Shown here: positions 50,272-60,815 of the stretch, piece after piece | Layout of the letters: every line of letters starts with the position of its first letter | Numbering within the stretch: position 1 is the stretch's first letter | Source: Bacteroidales bacterium | GTDB taxonomy: Bacteria > Bacteroidota > Bacteroidia > Bacteroidales > Bacteroidaceae | Direction of reading: 5' to 3' | Assembly (NCBI GenBank): GCA_022772475.1 | Contig: JALEZQ010000014.1 | Location: 8,004-72,003 of the forward strand | DNA: 64,000 nt | Program-made: the position numbers and the translations under genes | Notes under the pieces: model-generated | What the model saw: the letters and a program-made list of their open reading frames with translations, nothing else | What the model was told of the DNA's origin: nothing | The model's database searches: none

Positions 50272-50473
50272 CTAAAGGTAAGCCCTTGGTAAAGCCCTTG
50301 GTAAAACTACCTCAAAACAGTGTTATGACATGATTATTTGTCATGTAAGTCAAATATACTAATTATGCATGTTGGTGTGAGCGGCTACTCAATAAACTAC
50401 TTCGTGATAGGTGAAATCGTCTCGAACGAATTGATAGAACACCTCTCTACGACAATCTGACTATTGTGCAGTC

Positions 50474-50512
50474 ATAAAAGAAGGCTGTGTTGCGGGTTGC
50501 AACACAGCCTTC
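50474..50512 (-). terminator. groEL terminator
   Basis: gaaggctgtgttgc-N5-gcaacacagccttc, then tttta on the minus strand. Confidence 0.8.
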
Positions 50513-50538
50513 ACTATATTGGGGATAGGGGAGATGAT

Positions 50539-52508
<1,970 letters not shown>

Positions 52509-52597
52509 TGCTGTATGAATTTAGGTTTTATGTGTTATTAATAGGTATGTGGCGCTGCTTCATGGCCCGTGGGCCTAATGCTGCGCACTTCTTCTTG

Positions 52598-52665
52598 TGC
52601 CAAAAGCGTGCCAAAGTGTGGTGTATGCCCATTTGTCACGCCCTACTGACAATTTGTCACGCCCT
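52598..52665 (-). promoter_or_regulatory. putative sigma-54-like promoter with upstream repeated sites for groESL
   Basis: Minus strand TTGGCACG-cttt-TGGCA; direct repeat atttgtcacgccct twice at 21-bp period. Confidence 0.45.
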
Positions 52666-54993
52666 GCCCGGCTTTTGGCCCCTCTTACCGCCGGCGTCGT
52701 GTTTTCCGGTCCGTGCCCGCGGCTTTGATTGTTTGGGCGGCGTATAGGTGGATGTCACCTGCGTCTGAGAGAGGAAGGCGTGGAAGTCGTCCTTCGATCC
52801 GTTGAAGACGTTGATGTCCACGTCACCCTTGATGCCCGCCACGCGGCCCCGTGGCGACAGTTGCCAGTGGGTCATGTGGATGACCGGCATGTAGTTGCTG
52901 TAGCGCGCAATCCATGTGGGACAGGCGGCCACCTCGTGCGGCAGGCCGTCGAAATACTTGTGGACGAACGATTGCGACACGTAGATGACGGGCAGTGTGC
53001 CGCAGGCCTCCTTCACCGTGCGCACCCATGCCGCCATCTCGCGGTGCAGGGCCTCCTTGCCCCCCATCCGGCAGATGGCTGCATCCGTGGGCTCGACGTC
53101 CAGCACGGGCGCCATGTCGCCGCGCTGCGGTCGTGCCGTGCGCAGGAAGTGGAGGGCCTGTTGGCGACCGCTCTGTGTGGTGCGGAAGAAGTGGTACGCC
53201 CCTACGGGGAAGCCCCGGCGGCGGGCGGCGGCGATGTCGGCCGCATAGAAGCGGTTGGTGATGGTCGTCCCCTCGCTGGCCTTGATATAGATGAAACTGA
53301 CGGGGTAGTCCTGATGCCCCAGCGTGCGGCGGTCGCCGGCGCGGTCGAGCGAGGTGATGCGCAGGCGCTTCCAGTCGATGGCGTGCGTCTTGCCGCCCAC
53401 GATGTGCTGGTATTTGGCAATGTCGATGCCATATACGCGGTCGGCGGTATAGACCATGCGTTCGCCGACAAACTCGTTGCGGCGCCATGTGCCCGCCCGC
53501 ACCATCGTGTAGTCGCCAATGGCAATGCCGAAGCCGTGGCGTTCGCCGGCGGTCCATTCGCCCCAGTAGGTCGCGCCGTCGGCCGCCGTCATGCGTCCCT
53601 GTCCCTGCGGCCGCCGACATGCCGACAACCGACCCTCGTAGCGCGTGCTGTCCGTCTGCAGCGTGCCTTCCGGCAGGGTATCAGCCTGCCAAACGCCGCT
53701 GACTCGCATTCCGTCAGCTGTGGTCCATGTGCCCTGTCCGTGGCGTTGGCCTTTGACGAAGAAGCCGCGGTAGGTACTGCCGTCGGCATAGCGCACCTGA
53801 CCATAGCCATCGGGCTTCCCCAGAAGGGTCTGCCCCGTATAGCACAGGCTGTCCGTGCGGAGATAGCCTCCCTCAGCCGCCGTGACGAAGCGGCCCGTCG
53901 GCCACGAGCGTGCCGTGGTCGTCGTTACTACTGTACTGTCCGCCAAGTCTTTGCGCTGCCATGTGCGACGGATGAGCGCTGTCATGGTGCGCCACAGGCG
54001 TTGGCCTGCGTGCCCCGTGCTGCGGTATAGGCGGTCTATCTCGCCGGTGGCCGCGATGCCGTCGGCCGTGCGTATGCCGCACAGACGGCCGCGGCCGTCG
54101 ATCAGCGGCATACCGTCGTCAATGCCGGCTGTGCTGTCCATGTCGGTGTAGGCCATGGCCTCGGGTAGCAGCATCGAGCCCCGGTAGCCTAACACATATT
54201 TCCTCTGCGTGCCGCGTCGTCCCCATGCCGTGCACCGCCAGTCGATGCCGCGCGGCAACCGTCCGTCGTCCGTCTGCCACAGCCACAACCGCCCTTGGCG
54301 TGCCACGCTGTGACAACGCAGGCGGTAGCGGCGCAGGCGCATGTTTCCCTCGTCGTCCGTTGGGCTGGTGGCGTCGTGTTCGGCCGTGGCGGCGAGGATG
54401 CGCAGACGGGCTACGGGGCCGGGCGTATGGCAGGCGCGGCTCAGCAAATGCAGGATAGAGTCGGTCGCCGCCAGACGCCGGCGTAGCGATTCGGCGTAGG
54501 TCACGACGTCGTCGTAGCCGTCGTCCACCTCGGTGTGGCGGCGGGTGTATAGCGCCAACTGCTCCTGCTGACGGCAGTAGTTGTCATGGAGCGCCGTCAG
54601 CCGCTGTAGTTCGGACTGTAGGAGCGTGGTCAGGGCAGCGCCGGCGATGCTGTCGGGCGCGCCGTCGGCGACGACATCGCTCGTCACCATGTGTCCCGAT
54701 GGCGAGATACATACGGCTGTCGCCGTCGTCGTGGCGGGGCATGGCGCCATGCCGTCGTTGTCGGCAGCGCGGCCGTCGGGGATGGTCAGACGGAGGGTGT
54801 CGCCCGGGGCGATGGCCATCTGGTATTCCATCTGTGCCGTCAGGCACACCACCGACTGGTAGGCCGTCGTTGGCGCTCCGGGCCAGATGCGCCATATCCA
54901 TAGGGCGCTAACGGCCAGCGCGGCCAATATCTGTAGTCCACGTCGTCGTAGGAAGGGGGCGCGGGGCTGTGGAGAGGGTCGGGGAGTGGTCAT
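52657..54993 (-). CDS. membrane-anchored protein with MORN repeats and a C-terminal GH25 muramidase
   Basis: N-terminal TM; YTGQ...GYG, YRGFF...GQG, YWGEW...HGFG repeats; GIDIAKYQ, YIKASEG, GAYHFF, LDVE, VDINVF; start could be 55023. Confidence 0.82.
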   Translation of the reverse strand: MTTPRPSPQPRAPFLRRRGLQILAALAVSALWIWRIWPGAPTTAYQSVVCLTAQMEYQMAIAPGDTLRLTIPDGRAADNDGMAPCPATTTATAVCISPSGHMVTSDVVADGAPDSIAGAALTTLLQSELQRLTALHDNYCRQQEQLALYTRRHTEVDDGYDDVVTYAESLRRRLAATDSILHLLSRACHTPGPVARLRILAATAEHDATSPTDDEGNMRLRRYRLRCHSVARQGRLWLWQTDDGRLPRGIDWRCTAWGRRGTQRKYVLGYRGSMLLPEAMAYTDMDSTAGIDDGMPLIDGRGRLCGIRTADGIAATGEIDRLYRSTGHAGQRLWRTMTALIRRTWQRKDLADSTVVTTTTARSWPTGRFVTAAEGGYLRTDSLCYTGQTLLGKPDGYGQVRYADGSTYRGFFVKGQRHGQGTWTTADGMRVSGVWQADTLPEGTLQTDSTRYEGRLSACRRPQGQGRMTAADGATYWGEWTAGERHGFGIAIGDYTMVRAGTWRRNEFVGERMVYTADRVYGIDIAKYQHIVGGKTHAIDWKRLRITSLDRAGDRRTLGHQDYPVSFIYIKASEGTTITNRFYAADIAAARRRGFPVGAYHFFRTTQSGRQQALHFLRTARPQRGDMAPVLDVEPTDAAICRMGGKEALHREMAAWVRTVKEACGTLPVIYVSQSFVHKYFDGLPHEVAACPTWIARYSNYMPVIHMTHWQLSPRGRVAGIKGDVDINVFNGSKDDFHAFLSQTQVTSTYTPPKQSKPRARTGKHDAGGKRGQKPGRA

Positions 54994-55030
54994 AGATGAT
55001 GAAGTGTAGTCAGCGTTTTGCATTCTGAAA

Positions 55031-55963
55031 CTACTTCTCGAACGTGAAATAGGGCGCCATCATGCGGACGCTGTCGTCGGGGAAGTGGCCCGTCAGGCGC
55101 AGGTCGTCCCAGCCGTGGAGGTCGCCGTACTTCTGTCGGTAGCGGACGATGGCCAGCGTCTGGGTGTAGTTGAGGTAGGGGTGGCGCACTAAGGTCTGAA
55201 ACGTGGCGCGGTTGATGGCGATGCGGCGCGGCGTCTCGCCGGCGTCGATGACGAACCACCGCTCGATGCCTTCGGGCAGGCCGCCGACTTCGCGCAACTG
55301 TGCCGTACTGACGAAACCGCCCAGGCGCTCGCGGTAGCGGCATATCTTGGCGGCATAGTAACTGCCTATGCCCGGGATGCCCTTGAGCGCCGTGGTGTCG
55401 GCGGCGTTCAGACTGATGGTCGTCCCTTCGGCGTATTTGGGTGAGCGCAGGGCCCGAATGCTGTCGGCTCGCGCTTGGCGTTCGGTGCGCCTGGCCGCGG
55501 ACTGAACCTCGTCGGCCGTAGGGACGATGCGGATATAGGGGCGCAGGCGCTGAAATTCGGCGTCGCTAAGGCCGTAGAGGCGGGCGAAGTCGTCGGGCTG
55601 GCGCCAACGTCCGCCGGCGCGGCGATACTGCATGGCGTTGTGCGCCTGCCATGGCCGCATGCCGAGGCTCACCATGGTGGCGCTGTCGGCGGTGTTGGGG
55701 TCGAAGGGGCGCAGTGCCGTTGCGCTGTCGGATCGTCCCGCGCCCTGTCGCTCGGCGGCGCGTCGTGCCTTGTCGGCCTCGACCTCGGCGGCGAAGCGGG
55801 CCATCTCGGCCGAATCGGCGGCGGTCATTGGCGCCAGCGCCTGCCCGTCGTGCGTTCCGCCGCGATGCCAAAGCAGCAGGGCCAGCACCACAAACGCCAC
55901 CGCCACGAGCAGTAGCCCGCGGCGGTCGGTACGTGTCAGGTGTCCTCGCTTCATGCCGGACAT
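55031..55963 (-). CDS. ComEA-like helix-hairpin-helix DNA-binding protein
   Basis: FDPNTAD, LNAADTTALKGIPGIG, INRAT...HPY. Confidence 0.85.
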   Translation of the reverse strand: MSGMKRGHLTRTDRRGLLLVAVAFVVLALLLWHRGGTHDGQALAPMTAADSAEMARFAAEVEADKARRAAERQGAGRSDSATALRPFDPNTADSATMVSLGMRPWQAHNAMQYRRAGGRWRQPDDFARLYGLSDAEFQRLRPYIRIVPTADEVQSAARRTERQARADSIRALRSPKYAEGTTISLNAADTTALKGIPGIGSYYAAKICRYRERLGGFVSTAQLREVGGLPEGIERWFVIDAGETPRRIAINRATFQTLVRHPYLNYTQTLAIVRYRQKYGDLHGWDDLRLTGHFPDDSVRMMAPYFTFEK

Positions 55964-56007
55964 GCGTATAGGGAATTAGGAGAGGGAATCACCGGGGAAG
56001 CGTGCTA

Positions 56008-57576
56008 TTAAAACTCGCTCGTAAAGTGGAAGCGGATGTGCTTGAAGTCGTTCTGCGCCATCTGCAGCACGTAGCCGCTGTCGGCCAGGAAGACGTCGCG
56101 GCCCTCGCGGTCCTTGGCCATATACTGGTACTTGCGCTTCTTGAAGGCGTCCAGTTCGGCCTCGTCGTCGCTCTCTATCCAGCAGGCTTTGTACAGACTG
56201 ATGGGCTCCCAACGGCACTTGGCGTTATACTCGTTCTCCAAGCGGTACTGGATGACCTCAAACTGCAACTGGCCCACCGTGCCGATAATTTTGCGGCCGT
56301 TGAACTGGTTGACGAACAACTGCGCCACGCCCTCGTCCATCAATTGCTCGATGCCTTTCTGCAACTGCTTCGTCTTCATCGGGTCGGCGTTCTCAATGTA
56401 CTTGAACAGTTCGGGCGAGAAGGAGGGCAGGCCGCGGAAATGCAGTTTTTCGCCCTCCGTCAGCGTGTCGCCAATCTTGAACGTGCCGTTGTCCGGCAGA
56501 CCGACGATGTCGCCCGCCCATGCCTCGTCTATGGTGCTCTTGCGCTGGGCCATAAACTGTGTGGGCGAGGAGAAGCGCAGCGTCTTGCCGTCGCGGACGT
56601 GGAGGTAGGGCGCGTTGCGGCGGAAGCGGCCGGAGCAGACCTTGCAGAAGGCGATGCACGAGCGGTGGTTGGGGTCGATGTTGGCCGTAATCTTGAAGAT
56701 GAAGCCCGTAAACTTCTCCTCTTCGGGGTTGACCTCGCGCTCTTCGGCCTTGGTGGGGCGGGGCGAGGGGGCCATCTTGACGAAGGCGTCGAGGAGTTCC
56801 TTGACGCCGAAGTTGTTGAGCGCCGAACCGAAGAAGACGGGGGCTACCGAGGCGTCCAGGTAGTCGGCTACGTCGAAGGCGGGATAGACGCCCTCCACCA
56901 GTTCGAGGTCTTCGCGCAACTTGTCGGCGTCGGCCTGGCCCACATGGGCCTCAAGCTGGTCGGTGTGGATGTCAACGGCCACCTTCTCCGTCACCTTCTG
57001 CTTGTCGGCGGCGAAGAGGTTGAGCTGCTGCTCGTAGATATTATAGACGCCCTTGAAGCGCTGACCCTGGTTGATGGGCCACGACAGCGGGCGCACGCTG
57101 ATTTGCAGTTCCTGCTCCAGTTCGTCCAGCAGGTCGAAGGGGTCCTTACCTTCGCGGTCCATCTTGTTGATAAAGATGATGACCGGCGTCTTGCGCATGC
57201 GGCACACCGTCATCAGTTTGCGCGTCTGCGTCTCGACACCCTTGGCGCTGTCCACCACGATGATGGCGCTATCGACGGCCGTGAGCGTGCGGAAGGTGTC
57301 TTCGGCAAAGTCCTGGTGGCCCGGGGTGTCGAGGATGTTGACTTTGTAGCCATCGTAGTCGAACTCCATCACGGAGGTCGTCACGGAGATACCGCGCTGC
57401 TTCTCGATCTCCATCCAGTCGGACGTGGCGGTCTTCTTTATCTTATTGTTCTTTACGGCGCCGGCCACCTGTATCTGTCCACCGAAGAGCAGGAGTTTTT
57501 CGGTCAGTGTGGTCTTTCCCGCATCGGGGTGTGAGATGATGGCAAAGGTGCGCCGGCGTGCTATTTCTTCGGTCAT
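56008..57576 (-). CDS. prfC: peptide chain release factor 3
   Basis: [30 protein letters not shown]. Confidence 0.97.
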   Translation of the reverse strand: MTEEIARRRTFAIISHPDAGKTTLTEKLLLFGGQIQVAGAVKNNKIKKTATSDWMEIEKQRGISVTTSVMEFDYDGYKVNILDTPGHQDFAEDTFRTLTAVDSAIIVVDSAKGVETQTRKLMTVCRMRKTPVIIFINKMDREGKDPFDLLDELEQELQISVRPLSWPINQGQRFKGVYNIYEQQLNLFAADKQKVTEKVAVDIHTDQLEAHVGQADADKLREDLELVEGVYPAFDVADYLDASVAPVFFGSALNNFGVKELLDAFVKMAPSPRPTKAEEREVNPEEEKFTGFIFKITANIDPNHRSCIAFCKVCSGRFRRNAPYLHVRDGKTLRFSSPTQFMAQRKSTIDEAWAGDIVGLPDNGTFKIGDTLTEGEKLHFRGLPSFSPELFKYIENADPMKTKQLQKGIEQLMDEGVAQLFVNQFNGRKIIGTVGQLQFEVIQYRLENEYNAKCRWEPISLYKACWIESDDEAELDAFKKRKYQYMAKDREGRDVFLADSGYVLQMAQNDFKHIRFHFTSEF

Positions 57577-57659
57577 GTTGGTCTGTGTGGGGTTCTGTGG
57601 AGTAGGGGGTGTGGAGTAGGGGTGTGTAAGCGTGTAGATAGGGCAGGGGCAGGTGTGGC

Positions 57660-58514
57660 CTACATGGCCTTGATACATTCCTTGAGGGCATCCTGCCACC
57701 AGGCGATGTCGATGCCGTAGGTCTGCTTGATTTTCGTCTTGTCCAGCACGGAGTAGTGGGGACGCTTGGCCGGCACGGGATATTCTTCCGTATGCAGCGG
57801 CCGCACGTGGCAGTTGTCGATGCCCGCCAGACGGTGTATGGCGCAGGCGAAGTCGTACCACGAGCACGTGCCCTCGTTGGTGAAGTGATAGACGCCGGGC
57901 ACGATGCCCTTATCCACGGCTTCCAGCAGGGCTTGCGCCAGATGGCGGGCGTAGGTCGGCGTGCCTATCTGGTCGGCCACGACGCCGAGGCTGTCGCGTT
58001 CGCGCCCCAGACGCAGCATCGTCTTGACGAAGTTTTGGCCGAAGGTGCTGTAGAGCCATGCCGTGCGCACAACCATCGAGCCGGCGCAGAGGCGGATGAC
58101 GCTCTCCTCGCCCGCCAGCTTGGTGCGGCCGTAGGCGGTCTGCGGGTTGGTGGCGTCGTCTTCGGCGTAGGGGATGTGGGCTGTGCCGTCAAAGACGTAG
58201 TCGGTTGAAACGTGCACCATTGTGCCGCCCACCGAGGCTACGGCTTCGGCCAGATAGCCCGGGGCGATATGGTTGAGCAGGTCGCAGAGCGCCTCGTCCT
58301 CTTCGGCGCGATCGACGGCGGTGTAGGCGGCGCAGTTGATGACGATGGCGATGCTGTGGCTCTCGATGAAGTCGAACACTGCCCGGCGGTCGGTGATGTC
58401 CAGTTCTTCGCGGTCGGTGAAGTGAAACCGGCAGGTGTCGGCATATTGCGGGGCCAGCAGTTGCAGTTCGTTGCCGAGCTGTCCGCGGCATCCCGTGACT
58501 AATATCTGTTTCAT
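57660..58514 (-). CDS. rfbD: dTDP-4-dehydrorhamnose reductase
   Basis: [29 protein letters not shown]. Confidence 0.95.
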   Translation of the reverse strand: MKQILVTGCRGQLGNELQLLAPQYADTCRFHFTDREELDITDRRAVFDFIESHSIAIVINCAAYTAVDRAEEDEALCDLLNHIAPGYLAEAVASVGGTMVHVSTDYVFDGTAHIPYAEDDATNPQTAYGRTKLAGEESVIRLCAGSMVVRTAWLYSTFGQNFVKTMLRLGRERDSLGVVADQIGTPTYARHLAQALLEAVDKGIVPGVYHFTNEGTCSWYDFACAIHRLAGIDNCHVRPLHTEEYPVPAKRPHYSVLDKTKIKQTYGIDIAWWQDALKECIKAM

Positions 58515-58550
58515 GTGTTGTGTGAAGGTTCTGTTGTGGAGGGCCGGCGT

Positions 58551-59099
58551 TCAGTCGTCGAAGTTGATGGGCTCGGCCTGGTCCTTAAAGTAGTAGTCGG
58601 ACAGTTGTCCCAGCAGGGTGGCGATGTCCTTGGCGGCCTGCGCCGTGCTGTCGCTTACGGGCTTGTGCTGCATGCGGAGCATCATTACGCCGTACAGCGC
58701 TTCGAAGCAGGTTTGCAGTTCCGACTGGTCTTTGTGTCCGCCCTTTTGGCGCAGTTCGACGACGTAGGGCAGCACTTTGTAGTACATTTCGCGGTAGTAG
58801 GGGAAGCGTGACGAGCGCAGAAGGTGGCGGTGCAGTTCGTCGAGGGTGTCGAGCACGTTGAGACTGAGCCTGAGGTGCCCGCCCTGCATGCAGCCCTCGC
58901 TGCGCATCATCTCGCAGAGGTCGGCGTACCATTGGTACATAGCCTGCCGCCGGCTGTCGTCCACGTCGAAGCGGCTGAGGTATTCTTGCTTTAGGCGGTC
59001 TATGTCGCCGCTATAGGCGCGTATGATGTCTTCTACCTGCCAGAGGTAGAGCAGGTATTCGGCGCGGTTTTTCTGTCGCAGTTGGTCAGCAATGATCAT
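58551..59099 (-). CDS. conserved Bacteroidetes protein (DUF4924-like)
   Basis: NRAEYLLYLWQVEDIIRA, CFEALYG; usual neighbour of rfbD-prfC. Confidence 0.75.
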   Translation of the reverse strand: MIIADQLRQKNRAEYLLYLWQVEDIIRAYSGDIDRLKQEYLSRFDVDDSRRQAMYQWYADLCEMMRSEGCMQGGHLRLSLNVLDTLDELHRHLLRSSRFPYYREMYYKVLPYVVELRQKGGHKDQSELQTCFEALYGVMMLRMQHKPVSDSTAQAAKDIATLLGQLSDYYFKDQAEPINFDD

Positions 59100-59116
59100 G
59101 GGGAGGGTGGGGCTGG

Positions 59117-59217
59117 TTTTTCTAGATGTTCTAGATGTCCTAGATTTTCTAGATTTTCTAGATGTTCTAGGTTTTCTAGATTTTCTAGGTTTTCTAGAGA
59201 AGCTGGATGTTCTGGAG
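59117..59217. repeat. 9-bp-period minisatellite, unit close to TTTTCTAGA, about 10 copies
   Basis: ttttctagatgttctagatgtcctagattttctagattttctagatgttctaggttttctaga... Confidence 0.9.
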
Positions 59218-59261
59218 GCTTGGGCTTTCCGGGTGAGGCCGGCTGTGCCGGGCGGGACGGC

Positions 59262-59939
59262 CTATTGCGGAATCTCCTCGCCGCCGATGATGGAAATGCC
59301 GCAGAGCGTGAGCAGGAGATACGCGAACGAGATGACCATCACGAAGATGCCGATGGTCTTGTTGAGCCGGCGTATGCCCTTCTCGCCAAAGTTGCTGCTC
59401 ATCTTATGTACCACATAGGTCAGGCCCACCCACCACAGCATTGCGCCCACGGCGATGGAGCCGTAGCCGGCCAGGACGAGGTACATCTTGTCGGGTGCGG
59501 CAAAGGGCGCCAGCATGTTAAACAGGGCCAGGAAGAGGAAGATAATGACGGGGTTGCAGAGCGTGATGAAGAAGGACGTGATGAAGTTGCGCAGCAGCGA
59601 GCCCTTCGTCTTGCCTTCGGGGTGGTAGTTGACGCGCGGCCCTGTGCGGTACATGTATATGCCGAAGACCATCAGCATGATGCCGCCTGCTATCTTGATG
59701 CCGAAGATATTGTCGTGCGTGGTGTAGCCCGAGATGAGCGACAGGCCGTAGCCCGTCAGCAGCGCGTAGAATAAGTCGCTCAGAGCGGCGCCGGCACCTG
59801 TGGCGATGCCATAGGGGCGTCCTTTCTTGATGGTGCGGCGCAGGCAGAGGATGCCCACGGGTCCCATGGGCGCAGAGCATACGACGCCGACGATGAGGCC
59901 CTTCATGATATGTATGACCAGTTCGATGATATCTTCCAT
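59262..59939 (-). CDS. LysE family transporter
   Basis: SAPMGPVGILC...G.ATGAGAALSD...TLCNP. Confidence 0.85.
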   Translation of the reverse strand: MEDIIELVIHIMKGLIVGVVCSAPMGPVGILCLRRTIKKGRPYGIATGAGAALSDLFYALLTGYGLSLISGYTTHDNIFGIKIAGGIMLMVFGIYMYRTGPRVNYHPEGKTKGSLLRNFITSFFITLCNPVIIFLFLALFNMLAPFAAPDKMYLVLAGYGSIAVGAMLWWVGLTYVVHKMSSNFGEKGIRRLNKTIGIFVMVISFAYLLLTLCGISIIGGEEIPQ

Positions 59940-60441
59940 GACGTATGCAAAATTGGCTATTTTTTGGGAAAGAGAGAAATTTTCCCGCGTTTAATTGCAT
60001 GGGCCTTGCCATTTGCCCCGTTTTGGACGAAAAACGGCGACGGGAGCCGTGGCGTTTTCCGCCAAGGCTCCCGTCTGAATAATATAGTTCGTTTGCTTGG
60101 GATGATTACTTCCAAATGTTGCCGTCGTTTCCCCAGATGTCGTTGCTATTTCCGTTGCGGTTGGAGAGCTGTTGGTCACCTATTTTCTGCTTTGGCGGGA
60201 GGGGTTCGGGTATAAGTGTGCAATCGCGCGTTTAACGCTTGTTAACTTCGAGAATGGCCGCGAAATCTATCCGCAGTCCGCTCGCCGAAAATATCGCAAG
60301 CAGGGCGCGTTAGATTTATGACTTTATATGGCGCGAACTGTGGTTATGGGCTGACTTTGGTTAAATCCTCTAAAAAATCTGCGCGTTTTAGTCGGGAATC
60401 GCCCTTTCGGACGGCGTGGAGGGGTAGCGATTGGGGCGTGC

Positions 60442-60498
60442 CTGTAAGCCTTACAGGATTTTCTGTAAGCGTTACAGGAAAATCTGTCGCCCAAACAG
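60442..60498. repeat. triple CTGT-N7-ACAG array (21-bp period)
   Basis: ctgtaagccttacag-N6-ctgtaagcgttacag-N6-ctgtcgcccaaacag. Confidence 0.8.
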
Positions 60499-60688
60499 TG
60501 GCGGCGACACTGCGTTTCTGTCCCTCGCGCTGCTTTCGTACTTCTATTTGACGGGCAGAGGCTGTTCACGTTTTTGGCCGCCAAACTCACGTTGTTTGCA
60601 GAGTGTGCAATTTTTTACGACAACCGAGATGGCGAAAACAACTTGGATGATTGTCTTGGTTGTCTGCATTGTCGTATATATAATAAGG

Positions 60689-60723
60689 ACGACAACGTCG
60701 TACAACACAAGCAACGTTGTCGT
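60689..60723. promoter_or_regulatory. putative LacI-type operators upstream of the GH3 gene
   Basis: acgacaacgtcgta and gcaacgttgtcgt just upstream of the TATTTTTG -7 box at 60781. Confidence 0.45.
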
Positions 60724-60815
60724 GTTGTCGGCGTATGCAAAAAACGCTTAACAAAATTTGGCCGTTCGGCGGCAGATGCTTATTTTTGCAGCGACGATAC
60801 ATTAATGTATATCTT

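Noticed and set aside
50437-50456. Possible attR copy of the tRNA-Ser 3' end (gaacacctctctacgacaa)
   Set aside because: The match to gaatccctctctctccgcaa is too weak, and no integrase is present.
60106-60180. AAC-rich minus-strand stretch as the DGR template repeat
   Set aside because: Beyond ctccaaccgc it does not align to either VR (no RGGGW or GVRL codons), and no RT is nearby.
60442-60498. CTGT...ACAG sites as E. coli-type SOS boxes
   Set aside because: The spacer is 7 bp rather than 8, and the adjacent genes are not repair genes.
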